Below, piece by piece: positions 1 to 13,406 of a DNA stretch of 64,000 nt (positions are counted from its first letter, which is position 1; each line of letters opens with the position of its first letter). The translations under genes were made by a program, and so were the position numbers. The notes beneath the pieces were generated by a model. The model saw only the letters and a program-made list of their open reading frames with translations, made no database searches and was not told where the DNA came from. Source of the DNA: Piromyces finnis finn (lineage: Eukaryota > Fungi > Neocallimastigomycota); NCBI GenBank assembly GCA_002104945.1, contig MCFH01000050.1, positions 186,001 to 250,000 on the forward strand, read 5' to 3'.

Positions 1-3000
1 AATTTTTTTTGAAATTTTTATTGAAATATAGGCACTTTAATTTTATTATTGTTGCTTATATTATTACTATCCGCTAAATTATTATATTATTATACTGTTA
101 TATTTTCTATATTTATTAAAACAAGTTTTCACTCATTTATTTATAATTATTGTTATTCCTCGAATATTACTATGTTTTATTGTTGAAATTATAAATAAGA
201 AAAGAATATTTTAATAATAATTAAGATATCCTTTTTTTTTATGTAATTAGTACTGATATTAAAAAATAAACGAATATTATATACATAATATAGTTTATAT
301 AATACAATTCAACGTTACTATAAAATTAATATTTGATTAAATTTTATTATTTCTCGATAATATATATTATTAAATATACTTTGAAGATGTTTAATTTTTT
401 CTATTCTATGTTTTTTTCTTTTGTTTGTTTGTTTTTGTTTTGTTTTGTTTTGTTTATAAATTATAATTTATTATATGAAATGTTGAAAATTTTAATTATA
501 AATAATGTCCCTATAAAATTTAAATATTTATCATAACAAAATATTTACAAATTAATAATTTTAATATTAAATATTTGAAAATATTATTTTATTATTTATC
601 ATTACTTAAATAAAAGATGACTATCTTACTTTCAATTTTTGTAAGGCCAACGTTAATATGAATGTCTAGTTATTTATTATAATCAATTAATAGAAATGAT
701 AATTTTTACTTTGACAATTTATTTTATTATATTAAATTTTAAATTTATAATCTAGCTATTAAAAAAAAAAAAAGCAAGTCAATTTTATTTATTATTTAAA
801 GCTTTAATATAATTATTCTTCTTTAAAAAAGAAAAAAAAGATATATATTTTTAGTATTGTTCTAAACAAATTTTACTTTATAATGATATTAATAAAGTAA
901 AATTATAAATTATTTAAAATAAAATAAAAAATTATATTTATGTTATAATAAAAAAAAAAAATATTTAATATTTATATTATACATTAAAAAGGGATAAATT
1001 CAACATTTTCAATTTTTTAAATTTTCATATATTAAAAATATATAGTTAATATACTTTAATTATATTAGTTTACATATAATTATATAACAAAAATTTCAAA
1101 AACTAGTAATGATTTAATTCTATTTTTAATTATATTTTTAAAACTAATAAAACAACTTTGAGGATGTTGGATATGATTGTAAAATATAAATATTCATGAA
1201 CTATATATCATATATCAACAACATTATTATTTATTCATAATCACCATTATATAATGATTATAGTTGTTGTGATAAAAATGATATGTTTAGTATTAATAAA
1301 ATTTTAATAGATAAATATTATTATATAATATATATAATATATTTAATAATATAATTAAAAATCATTTGTCATGTTGATCCTCCTTTTAAAACCATCATCT
1401 TTATATCATATCCTATTACTATAGAAATAAAAACAATAAATAAGTATTATTTTTAAAGAATTATAATAATTATCAAATTACTCTTAACGTTTCTTTTTGT
1501 TTGCTTAATTCATCCTATATTACATCTATCTTACATGAATATAAATTATTTATTATCATTTGTCATTTGGTATATTAATTTTTACTTTTTTAAAATGAAC
1601 TCTTTTTTTTTTTTTCCTCTTTTAACATTTCATTATTATATAAACAATTATGAATTCATGTATTTGTTTTTTTCAATATCGATAATATTTCTTTATATTA
1701 ATATGCTTAAACCACTATCATTATTATTAATATTATTATTCTAATTATATAGCAATATTATTACCAAATAATAATAGCGGCCTCTTTTAATTAAAAAAAA
1801 ATATTAAGTAATTAGTTATAAAACAACATAAAATTGATATGTTAAATTTTATTGTTCATTACGGTGACTTACCATCATATCATTGGTTTAACTCTTAATA
1901 TATAGAAAATTATGAATATTTGTATCCTTTCTGCATTTAATATTATTAATATACATTATTAAACCATATATTAACTTTGTTTAATAGTAAACTAAAAAAT
2001 TTAATGAATCCATTTTTTAAACTTAAATAATCTTAATTAAATAATATATTTATCCTATTACTATTACAATATATTATAATACATTGTACTGAAAAAAGGT
2101 TACACTTTAATTGTAAAAAATTTTGATTTTACCAAAGTAATGATAAAGTTTTGTAGGAGATAGATTAATGTATAATTTTAAGGGAATAAATAATAGTAAT
2201 TTTAAATATTAAAGACACATAAAATATAATAACTCTATATTATAAAATAACGACACCTTTTTTTATAATAATAAATAAAGTTTATTATTTAATTAGAGAT
2301 TTTTTAATAATAAAATTAATATGATGAATTTTTTACAAACATTTATGCCATTGAATATTAAGCACATCCTCTGTTAACTATATTATATATATTTAATTAA
2401 AATTAAAAATAATTATACCTTTCTTTTTTGAAAAAATCAAAAGTTTATTAAATATTATTTTTATATGGATTTATAATTTTTAAAATAGAAATAATCCTTG
2501 GATATTACATCGTTTTAAGATTCATTTTGTTATATTATTCACAGATTTTATCATGGAAGTGTTTTTATTAATTTTAACATTAATATTTGTTTGAAATCTA
2601 AATAATAAAATATTATTTCAAATTTTCAAATGAAAATAAACATAATCATAAACACAGCCATAGTTCTTCCTGAAAACTCCAGTGTTGTTTTGAGAGATGA
2701 AAGTCATTTAATTGACAAAGTAACGCTTATTGATATCTCCATAATATTATTATCATATTTAATATGTATACTATAGTGGGTGTAGCATCACCATAATACA
2801 CCTAAATCATTAAATGCTATAAAGTAAAATTAATACAAATTTAATTTTTTTTTTTTACTTTGATTAATCTCAATAAAACAATTTTATTAAAATTGTGATG
2901 AAAAAATATTAAACTCCATTTTTTTATTAGCACTACTTATTTTATTATTACGTTTAATTTTTTTTTTTTTTATTAATTGTAATTCTATACTTTTATTAAT

Positions 3001-3176
3001 TTTATAAATTTATACTTTATTAATATACACTTAAATCTAATTATTTACTTTTTTTTCTTTTTTTTTTTAGAAAAAATAAAATTAAAATCAATCAATTATA
3101 TTCTATTTTCTATTTTAATTAAAAAAAATGAAATCTAAAAAAAATGATAAAAAGAAAATAAAAAAAAAAACATAAT

Positions 3177-4913
3177 TTATTTTTGTTTCTCTTTTTTTCT
3201 TAACAGGATATTAAATAAAACATCGTTATCTGAATCATCTGAATCATCTGAATCCTTTTTAGTATTAGAATAGGAATTTATTGATGAAGATGGTTGGGTA
3301 ATAGATACTTTTTTATGTAAATTTGAATGATGTTCTTCATTTCTATGTATTGATTTTGTTGTTTTACGAATTTTTGGTCCAATATATGATATTGGTCCAT
3401 TTTGATAATCATGAAGATTATCCTGAGATTCTTCTAAAATATCTGATGGTGGTTCAATGGTACCATTAGCAACACCACTATAAAATTCTTTTGAACGATA
3501 TGGATACTTTTCATATAATATAAACTCTAGTGGTGGCCAATGAATAGCCATATTATCAGGTTGATTAGTTTGAAATTCTGTTCCATCACCCGATGGAAAT
3601 GAACAAAGCCACCAAAGCCAATAATTTTTACCAAAAACTTGTTCAATATTTTGAAAAAGCCCTAAATCATATGGGTATTTTTGAGATACTTCTAAAATTC
3701 CTCTTTCAACTAACTTTCCAATACGACTTACTTGAATTTTTTCAATACGGGTAACATTACGAACAAGATAAATAATTTGATATAATGCCATTGAAAGAAT
3801 AAAAAAATAAAGTACAACTGATAAAAAACCATTAATTATCATAAATACAACCATTTTACGACTAACATTTGTTACCGGAAAAGTTAGTTCTGAGTAATAT
3901 CTATCTTGGAACATGATATATCCCTTAATAATAAAGAATACTAAAATAAAACCTACAGTGAATAGCAAACTAATATATATTATGAATCGGAGAAAGAATG
4001 GTAGATTTTTATGGCCTACACAATTATTAATCCAAATACCTATTTTAAATTAAAAATAGTATATATATATATTAATATGATAAAGTAATGAAATAATCCA
4101 TAATAAATAAATAAGGATTTAATTTTATTTTTATAAAAGAAAATACAATTGTTATATATTGAACTTAATATGGGTTTGTAATAAATCTATTGCTACAAAC
4201 TTTATAAAATAATTATACTCATTTTCATAAATACTTACAATGATGATCAAATTTTAATACACAATGTTTACAAATAGAACAATGGTGAGCTCTTGGAGGC
4301 TTATATGATAAACAGTGCTTACACCACATCTTTTTGTCATATATTTCTTTTAATACTTTATTTTCAACTTCAATAATATTATCTAAACTATTCTCTTTAT
4401 ACCGAAGAAAATGTTCGTTTTTTACTCCTTTCATTGATGCCATATATTCTGAAGGGAGATATCCTTTTGTTACTTTTTTATTAACTTTTCCAGGATCAAT
4501 AAATGAACATATAAAAAAATTTAGTAAACTAATAGCATATATTATATTAAATGGTACTAAAATGTACCATTCAAGATTATTTTTATATTGTTTGAGCCAT
4601 GGTATAAAAATGAAATATTGTGAACTTATGGGTATATAAAATAAAAAAAATAAAGCTGCATTCCTTAACAATGCTTTTAGTTTAAAAGTTTCTCCAATTT
4701 CACTTTTTAAAAGGCTAATTATAAATTATACATTTAAAATATACGAAAAATTCAAAAATATATTTTTAAGTGTTGGTATATGTAAGTATACTTTTTATAA
4801 ATAAATAAATATGAAAATAATATAGAATGATATTTATTAATAATTAAAATAAAACATATAAATAAAATATATCATATGAACAATTACCCTTTTAAATTAT
4901 CCAATACAGACAT
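3177..4913 (-). CDS. PFA4: DHHC palmitoyltransferase, Pfa4/ZDHHC6-like (3 exons, ~454 aa)
   Basis: Exons 4913-4888, 4714-4239, 4039-3177 splice in frame at GT-AG sites. They give CKHCLSYKPPRAHHCSICKHCVLKFDHHC|IWINNCVGHKN (DHHC cysteine-rich domain), flanking TM segments and a PYDLGxxxN motif. The C-terminus KKEKQK fits a KxKxx ER-retrieval signal. Subfamily assignment is from motif recall. Confidence 0.88.
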
Positions 4914-5391
4914 TTCCCTTTTTTAATATATATATATATTATATATTATATATTGTATTTATTGAATATTAAACCTAATAATCAGGTTTGATTTTTTATA
5001 TTAATACCTTTTTCTTTTAAATAATATATATACTATTATTATTCTTTTTTTTTTAATGTTGTGATTATTTTAATATTTGAATTATTAATATTTTATATTA
5101 ATTTTTATTTTATCTTTTCTTTTTAAAAGGTAAAGATATATCTTTTTTTTTTTTTTGAATTTCAATTATAATTGCTTTACTGTTAAATAATAGTGAAATA
5201 TATATATTATCCTTTTACTTCTTTTTTGTACATTTATTCTAATAAATAAATATGCTAAATTACATTTTAAATTTTAAAAGAATAAGCTAATATTTTGTAT
5301 TTAAATAGTATCACATTAAAATGTATTTAAATTCATATTATATACATAAATTCATTTTATAGTTAATTACTTAATTAACTATTTATTTAAC

Positions 5392-5513
<122 letters not shown>

Positions 5514-6580
5514 CTCATTCATCCACCACTCATATGCATACATTAATATTAATTATAAATTATCGTATAGAATTTAAATTTTCATAGATGCTTAATTAGT
5601 TTTCTTGTATTTTTAAAGTATTGTGATATCTATTTAAATATGATGAATGATTAATAAAATAAGTTACATCAAAACAATTATACCACTTTATTAGTTAATT
5701 TGTTCTATTGGTCAACAATCATATTTAAATATACAAAATAAAGTTAATTACTGATTTATTATTAAATATATAATTCAAATCATTATATATATAATTTAAG
5801 AAAATAAAAAAAAAAAAAAAAAAATACAAAGTCTACATATAAAAATATACTTTATTTTTAAAAGGTTTATTTTTCTTATATAATGGTTCTATCATTTTAT
5901 TTATTATAAAAAAAATTAAAAATATTAAAGATTATTAACCTTTTCATTTTTTATTTATTGTATAGTTTAATTAATAATATTTGATTTAATTTATTTTAAT
6001 TTGATTTACATTATAAAAATATTAATAATTATATAATAAAATTTATAGAAATAATTTTTTTTAAACTTTTTTTTTTTAATAAAAGATATATTTTTTTTTT
6101 TTTCCTTTTTGCTTTTACCTAAAATAAATTAAATATTTTAATCGGTTTTCAAATATCTGTAATATCTGTATAGAAAAAGTATTGCTATTACCATTATCAT
6201 TATTATCATTATTATTAAATAAATTTAAATATTATATAAAATCTTTTTTAACAATTATAAAAACGAGTCTTTAATTAAATGTCTTAGTAACATTTAATAG
6301 GAGGATTGAATATATATATAAAATTTAGTTTTCGTTTATAAAAAACTATAAAAAATTATAATATACATATATATTAATATGTATATGTGATTTCAAATAT
6401 TAAAACTATTTTATAGAATATTTGTTACATTTATATTATTTTAATTTTAAAAAAAATATATATATTTCTTATAACCTTTAATAAAATATATAACTAATCA
6501 GTAATTATCTCTATATTATTTATTTTCACAATATTTAATATAAACATATAAATATATTTTTAATATGATATAAAGGAAAA

Positions 6581-8023
6581 ATGGATATTAAAACAATTTT
6601 AAATGAAACAAAATGCTGTGACCTTATTAAAGGTCAAGTTCCAATTACCATTGATTCAACAAAAAGTGTTGAAGAAGGATGTAAAGAATTAGTTGAACAC
6701 CAATTTACTTCAGCACCAATTATCGATAAAAAAACCGGAAAAATTGTTGGCATGTTAGATTACAGGTAAAATATTTATATATTATTAAATAATAATTATA
6801 GTTACTTTGCATACTTCTTGTTTCTATTTTAAAATATTTCAAAATAATTACATAAAAATTTGGTATTGCATGACAGTCTAATGTTTATTAAAATCATATC
6901 ATAATATACTATATACAATAATTTTTAACGTTTCATTCAAATTAATATTAAACCTATAGAGATTTAGTTGCCTTTATTTTACTTGTTTTTTCAAAGGTAA
7001 TACATGAACTTTTTTTTTATTTTATATTTTATTTTTTTTTTATTTTTTTTTTTTTTTTTGAAATGAAATAGTAAATTTAAAGAAAATAATTGTAAATTTT
7101 TAAATTAGAGGAAAATTAAAAAAAAAAAGTAACAATTACTTATTTCATATTTTATAAATAAATTTTATTAAATAAAATATAAATTAAACCTTTGTTTTAT
7201 TGATATTAAGGATAAAGATTCTCAAAGCCATAAAATATTTCTCGACTACGATCGTGGTGCTAAAATTAAATATATTGTTGAAAATGGTTCAAAATTATCA
7301 CAAGAAGACGAAAACAATAAATTATCAATTCATCTTTTAGCTGACCTTTCAACTAAAAATCCAACCAATACATTATTATATACAAGTCCAGTATCAAAAG
7401 CAGTAGAAATATTTTCAAATGGAATTCGTCGTCTCCTTCTTGTTAAGGAAGACGGTTCACTTTTTGGTATTCTCTCACAATCTAATGTTGTTAAATATTT
7501 AGCTGATTTATTCCCAATTCAACTTCCAGGTCAAAAAAATAATGATAAAAAATGGGAATTAGGGGAAAAACCAATATCATTAGCAAGACCAGAATTAAAT
7601 GAAGTTATTAGTATTGATCGTTATTCCTCCGTCATGGATGCTCTTCGTATTATGTACAATTCAGCTATTAGTAGTATAGCTATAGTAGAAACTATGGGAA
7701 CTAAAAAACATCTTAGAGGTAATATTTCAATGACAGATATTAAAGAAGTTATTAAAAATAATAAATGGCGTCTTCTTTGGTATCCAGTTGGTAATTTCTT
7801 TGAAGAAATTAGAAAAATGCAAGAATTTGATAATAACGGTATTGATAAGGTACCAGTTTATACTGTTAGTACCGAAACATCTGTTATTAAAGTTATCCAA
7901 AAACTTGCTGTAACTAAGGGTCATCGTATTTGGGTTGTTACTGAAGGTGATAATCTTAAGAGTGTTTACAGTTTAACCGATTTCATGAAAATATTAAAAT
8001 CTGAACTTGACAAAACTGAATAA
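6581..8023 (+). CDS. CBS-domain protein, Sds23/Moc1-like (3 exons, ~344 aa)
   Basis: Exons 6581-6765, 6960-6996, 7211-8023 splice in frame with no stops. Four CBS-like repeats are visible (FTSAPIID..IVGMLDYRDLV; GIRRLLLV..GILSQSNVV; ISSIAIV..GNISMTDIK; GHRIWVV..VYSLTD). The DLSTKNP motif is typical of the Sds23 group. Confidence 0.82.
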
Positions 8024-9330
8024 ATTAAAAATGATAAATATATAATTATATATATATATATATTGTTATCGTTTTTTTTTTTTTTTTTTTCTTTTTTTCT
8101 TATAATAAAATGATAACAAAATTTGTATGACAAAATACATTTAAATATTCAAAATCATTTACCATTTAAAAATAATGGTGGATAATATATATATATATAA
8201 TTGTGAATAAAGATATTAAATCTTTATTCATAAATTTATTTTATCAAAGTATATAAATATTTTAATATATTTTTTTATACTAAAAAATTATTTATATATG
8301 TAAAAATTGTATAAATTACTATTGCGTTCTTATTTATTTGTAATAATATATATATTAAAAAAAATAATAAGTTTTTTTTTAAATATATTAAAAATGAAAA
8401 TAAAATATTTTCAATCTAAAATTTTTTTAAAAAAAAAAAAAGATATAAAAAAATAAAAAATAAAAATTTAAATATGTATGATACATCTATGGGGAAAAAT
8501 AATATATTTCTAACATATTATATCTATATTGTCTAATAAATAAAAATAAAATCTTTATTATACAATTATACAATATAACTTACTTTATCAATTATAAACA
8601 TGTGTTAAAATCAAATTATAATTATTTGAATCTAATAACTTTAGTAAACTCTTATTACATCTTATTACATACAAAAAAAAAAAAAAATTGATATAAAATA
8701 TTAGAAAAAAAAAAAAAAAAAAAAAAAAAGCTTTATTCTTTTATTATTATTTTGATAGAATATTTTTATTATTTTTTTTTTTAAAAGATAGATTTTTAAT
8801 GAATAAATTCATTATTCATAATTATAAATTTTATTTCATTTTTTTTTTCTTCCTTTTTTTTTTTTTTTTTTTGTTTTTGTTATTGTTGGTAAATAAATAT
8901 AATTATGTTTAATAATAATTTAATTTATATAGATATGAATATTTCTCAAAAATAAAATAAAATAATATATAAAAGAAAAAAAAAAAAGCTGGTTAATAAG
9001 TAATGGCGAATATTAAATGTACAAATTAAAAATAGGATATAATATATATATATAATATATATATAACATTTTGTTTATATGAATGGTTTTAATATGTGTT
9101 ATATTTTTTTTTATAAATTAATATTTTTAAAAATAGAAAAAAAAAAAAAAAAAAAAAAAATCTAAAATTTCATATATGCTTAATAAAAATAAAATAAAAT
9201 AATAAAATAAAAAACAAGATATTCATCTATTTTTCATATAAAAAAAAATTTAATAAATAAATAATATATAAAAATTTTTCTTTTTTTTTTTCCTTTTTTT
9301 TTTTTTTATAGTTTTGATTTTTTTTTTTTT

Positions 9331-12300
9331 TTATAGTTTTGATTCTTCATTATCATTACTTTGGGATAGATAAGAAAAGTATATTGGAGTTGGATTTTCA
9401 ACTAAAGAAGGTATCTTTTCCTTTTGATCTAGTTCTCTTTTAATAGATTTGAGGGGTACTTCGGTTTTCGTTTTTTTGGTAATATCATTTTTTTTAAAAA
9501 TTAGAGATAATAAATTATCACTTTGAAGAGTAGATAAAATAGAATCCAGTTTTTTTTCATTTTCTATTATTTCGATATCAGAAAATGTGGAATTTATTGT
9601 TCTTTGATGTGATGGGGTATTAAGATTTTCATTTTCTTTCTCTTTTTTAATTTGAACATTAGTAATTTTATTAGTAGATAGATTACTTGTCACTGGTGTA
9701 GGTTGAGGGTTAAATACAGTATGAACAGTTGATTTAGTTTCACTTAAAGGAATATTATTCATGGTGATATTTGAAGGATTAGAAATTTCTTGTTTAATTC
9801 TTGGTGTTCTTGGTGTTCCTCGACGAGTAAAGGTTACATTTGTAGGAGGAGGTGTAATCACTAATTTAAGATCTTCATCTGAGGAAGAATTTGATATTGT
9901 AGTAGGGTTTGGATTAAGTTGGCTTTTCGCCTTTCTTTTATCAGATTTAAGAATTTGATGAGGTGGAGGAGAAGCTACATCACTTGTAAAGCTAGACAAG
10001 TTTTTATCTAAATCTGATCCTTCTAACGTTGAAAGAATAAAGTTTAATTTCTTGTCAATATCATCATTAGAAGGAATATTATCTTCGTATTTTTTAAAGA
10101 TATTTGAAAGCGAATGAGAATTACTATTTTTCTTTGTTCCATTATTTTCATTAATATCTTTCTTTTTCAAACGTTTATTTAATGATAAAGATAATTTATT
10201 ACTTAATCCTCTCTTTCTTTCTGGCGTTTTATTAAATGATGGAATAACCGGTAAATTTTCATTAGTGGTTGGATTCGTTTCAATAGGATTAGGTTCAGCT
10301 TTTTCATTATTATTCAATATTTCACTATTAGATATTTCATCATTATATTTATCGTCTGTTTTTCTTTTCCTTGACTTTCCTGTAACTACCATAGTAGTAT
10401 TATCATTTTTTTGGAAATCATTTTCTTTTTCGATTTTACTAATAGATAATACCCTTTTTCTTTTAATATTCGGTGTTGCTTCTTCATTAGGTTCTAATAT
10501 ATTTTCTTTATTATCATCAACAATATTAGTATTTTGATCAATATGTTTATCATCTATTTGATTCATTTTAGTATTTTCATTTTCATGAGTTTCATTAATG
10601 ACTTCATTATTTTCATTCTTATTCTTTTGTGATCTTTTAGTTCGTTTTACTACTGGTTCCGTTGTATTTGCTCTTTTTCTTTTATTTAATCCTTCCTCTT
10701 TAACGTCATTATTTGTCTCACTTTCATTTATATTAACTTCATGATTTTGATTATTATCAATTTTTGTTTTCCTAGTAGTCCTTTCCTTTTTCTCTTTATT
10801 TTTTACCTCTTTCTCTTTTACATCCTTTTCCTTGTTTTCATTCGCATTCTTTCTTGGTCTCCCTCTTCTTGAGTTTTTAACTTCAGGTTTTTCTTTATCA
10901 ATGTTCTTTTTAGCATTTCGTCTTGTTTTTTTAATTGGCGTATTTACCTGTCCTTTTTGTATTACTTTATCATTATTTTCAATTTCTTTAGTTTGAATTT
11001 TTTCAATTTTCGGTGTTCCTATTTTTTTTATTTCATTATAAAAAATAAGAATTATATGAATTAATATTTATTTTTTAAAAAAAAAAAAAAAAAAAATTAC
11101 ACTTATTCATATTATTTTCCTATAATTTTATTATATAAATAAAATACCTGAATTAGTGTTATCAACTAGTTTGTCATTTTGTTGTTTATTGATTTGAACA
11201 TCACTATTATTTGATAAATGTATTTCTAATTCATTTCCTTCGTTATCGGGTTTTTTTGTTCTTTTTAATTTTGGAGTTGTTGGTAGCATTTGGTTCTGTG
11301 AATTTTCTTTACTTATATTTGATTCATCAGTAGCTTTAACTACTTCCTCTTTATCTTTATTTGGATCATCCTTTTTTTCTACAATACTATTTTCCTTTCT
11401 TTCCTCATTATTCTTACTGTCTATCTTAACTATTTTTACTTCCTCGATTTTGAGTGTTCCCATTTCTTCTTTTTTCGTTTTATCCATTTCATTATTACTA
11501 TTACTATTTCCATTATTATTATTATCATTATCATTATTATCATTATTATTATTAATAATATTGCTATTGCTATTTTCATTTTCTTTAATATCCAACTTTT
11601 TTTGATTATCAGAAGTAGTATTCAATTTTTGCTTATCTAATAATAAATCTTTTTTAGCATCATCTAATTCATTTATATTAACCTCTGATGAAAAAATTGA
11701 TTTATCTTTTATTATTTTTTTATTAGCACTTTTTAATGGAACATCTTCACTTGTAATATCAGTAGTACTGACATCTAGAGTATAATTATTCATACTCTTT
11801 TGATTTAATTCAGACAATTCAGTAGTATCTTCACTATAATAAGATCCAAAGTTTAGATTTTTCGAATCTAAATTTAAGCCATATTGTTTTTTGAAAGCAG
11901 CTTCCATTTCAACCAATTTTTGGCTACTGGTAATTGTTTGTGATTGATTTTTATTATTAAAATTATTTTCTTCTTTATTTTGATTATCTAAAATGAGAGT
12001 TTGTTGTTCATTTCTTTGTTCATTTTCTTGATTACCATTATTATTATTTGATATATTCTGTCTCACTATATTATCATTTATTTCAATTCTATTGGTTATA
12101 AATTTATTACTATTTTCATTTTCATCTTTACTTGTATTTATTTCTACATTATCTTTTTCAATTGTTTCAATTTCGCTTTCATTTTTATTTTTATCATTAG
12201 TTTTATTTTCAATTTCGCTTTCATTTTTATTTTTATCATTAGTTTTATTTTCAATTTCGCTTTCATTTTTATTTTTATCATTAGTTTTATTTTCAATTTT

Positions 12301-13366
12301 ATTCTCAACTTCATTTTTATCTTCAGTTTTATTTATATTTTTATTTTCATTATCAATATTATCTTGTTTTTCTACTTTTTTACTACATAATTTTTCTAAT
12401 GATAATTTTTCTAATGATGGTGTTGCCTCTATATCCTTTGTATAATTATTAGTTAATATATCCTTTATAAGTTCTAATGTAACTTGATTAGTTGTACATT
12501 TTGAAGGTGAAGATTGATTACCATTAAATATATTAATTGAGATCATTTCATTACTATCAGTATTATTACTTTCTTCATTTGGAACAGAACTCTGACTTTT
12601 TTCTTTCATTTCTTTATTATTAATATCTGCGTTAATTTCATTACTTACTGATTCTGCTTTTTGAATTTCATTATAATCAGTTTTATTATCTTTTTGTTCT
12701 AATAGCACTTCTTCATTAACATTTTTATCTTTTATATTAATAATTTCATCTACATTTGGTTCAATTTCACCTTGATCAATATGCACAAAATCTCTATCAT
12801 CGTTAATATCTTCATTTTCAATTTCCTCATTCAAATTTTTATTATTATTATTAATATTATTATTATTTTCTTCTTCTTCTTCTTCTTCTTCATCATCATC
12901 ATCAAGAGTATAACTTATTACAGAATTTGAACTTGTTGCTTCATTAGTTTCATTTTCTAATTCTATTTCTTCATTTTCTTCCTCACTTTCAGAATCTACT
13001 TTTGTTTCGGAATCAGAAATATCTTCTTCATCTTCTTCAGTATTTAATGTTGAAATATCTAAATCAGTTGTTGTAGTTGTTTCATCTTCTTGCAATTTAT
13101 CTTCTTTGTTTGATGGTACATAATCATAATCAGAAGAAGAATCAAAACTACTACTATCAAAATCACTTTCCTCATCTTCTTTTTGACATTCTCTAATTTC
13201 GTTAATAAGATGATCCAAACTAATGAAATTATTTTTGTTTTCCGCAAAGGATCGATGAGCAATACTTTTTATATGCTAATATTACATTATTTTGTATTCA
13301 TTATATATTTAATAATAAAAAATAATTACAATATATAATTAATAAATAAACAACAACAACAACAAC

Positions 13367-13406
<40 letters not shown>

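Noticed and set aside
1211-1272. Imperfect hairpin centred on the palindrome CATTATATAATG
   Set aside because: It is low-complexity and AT-rich, with no target-site duplication or second copy in the window, so it is not supportable as a MITE or ncRNA.
1362-1453. Peptide ICHVDPPF resembling an N6-adenine methyltransferase DPPY/F motif
   Set aside because: It sits in a ~30-codon frame closed by stops, with no motif I or other methyltransferase features.
333-1744. Short Phe/Tyr/Ile/Leu-rich ORFs (333..536, 1535..1744; likewise 31915, 37716, 37811, 43499, 43730, 46625, 49295, 54721)
   Set aside because: These are chance translations of AT-rich intergenic or intronic DNA and homopolymer tracts, with no recognisable domain.
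1922-1930. GTATCCTTT, a perfect U12-type 5' splice-site consensus
   Set aside because: There is no TCCTTAAC-like branch site or coherent flanking exons, and none of the reconstructed gene introns is U12-type.
2530-2820. Minus-strand frame punctuated mainly by TGA, raising a TGA=Trp or selenocysteine idea
   Set aside because: The read-through peptide is not recognisable, TAA stops follow, there is no SECIS-like structure, and all real genes here read in the standard code.
5640-5754. ATGATGA...CTGA pair with a short terminal stem, like a C/D-box snoRNA
   Set aside because: No recognisable rRNA-complementary guide and no C'/D' boxes. Such motifs are expected by chance at this AT content.
9331-11700. 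KEN-box-like strings in the Dbf4 tail
   Set aside because: K, E and N dominate the composition, so KEN triplets are expected by chance.
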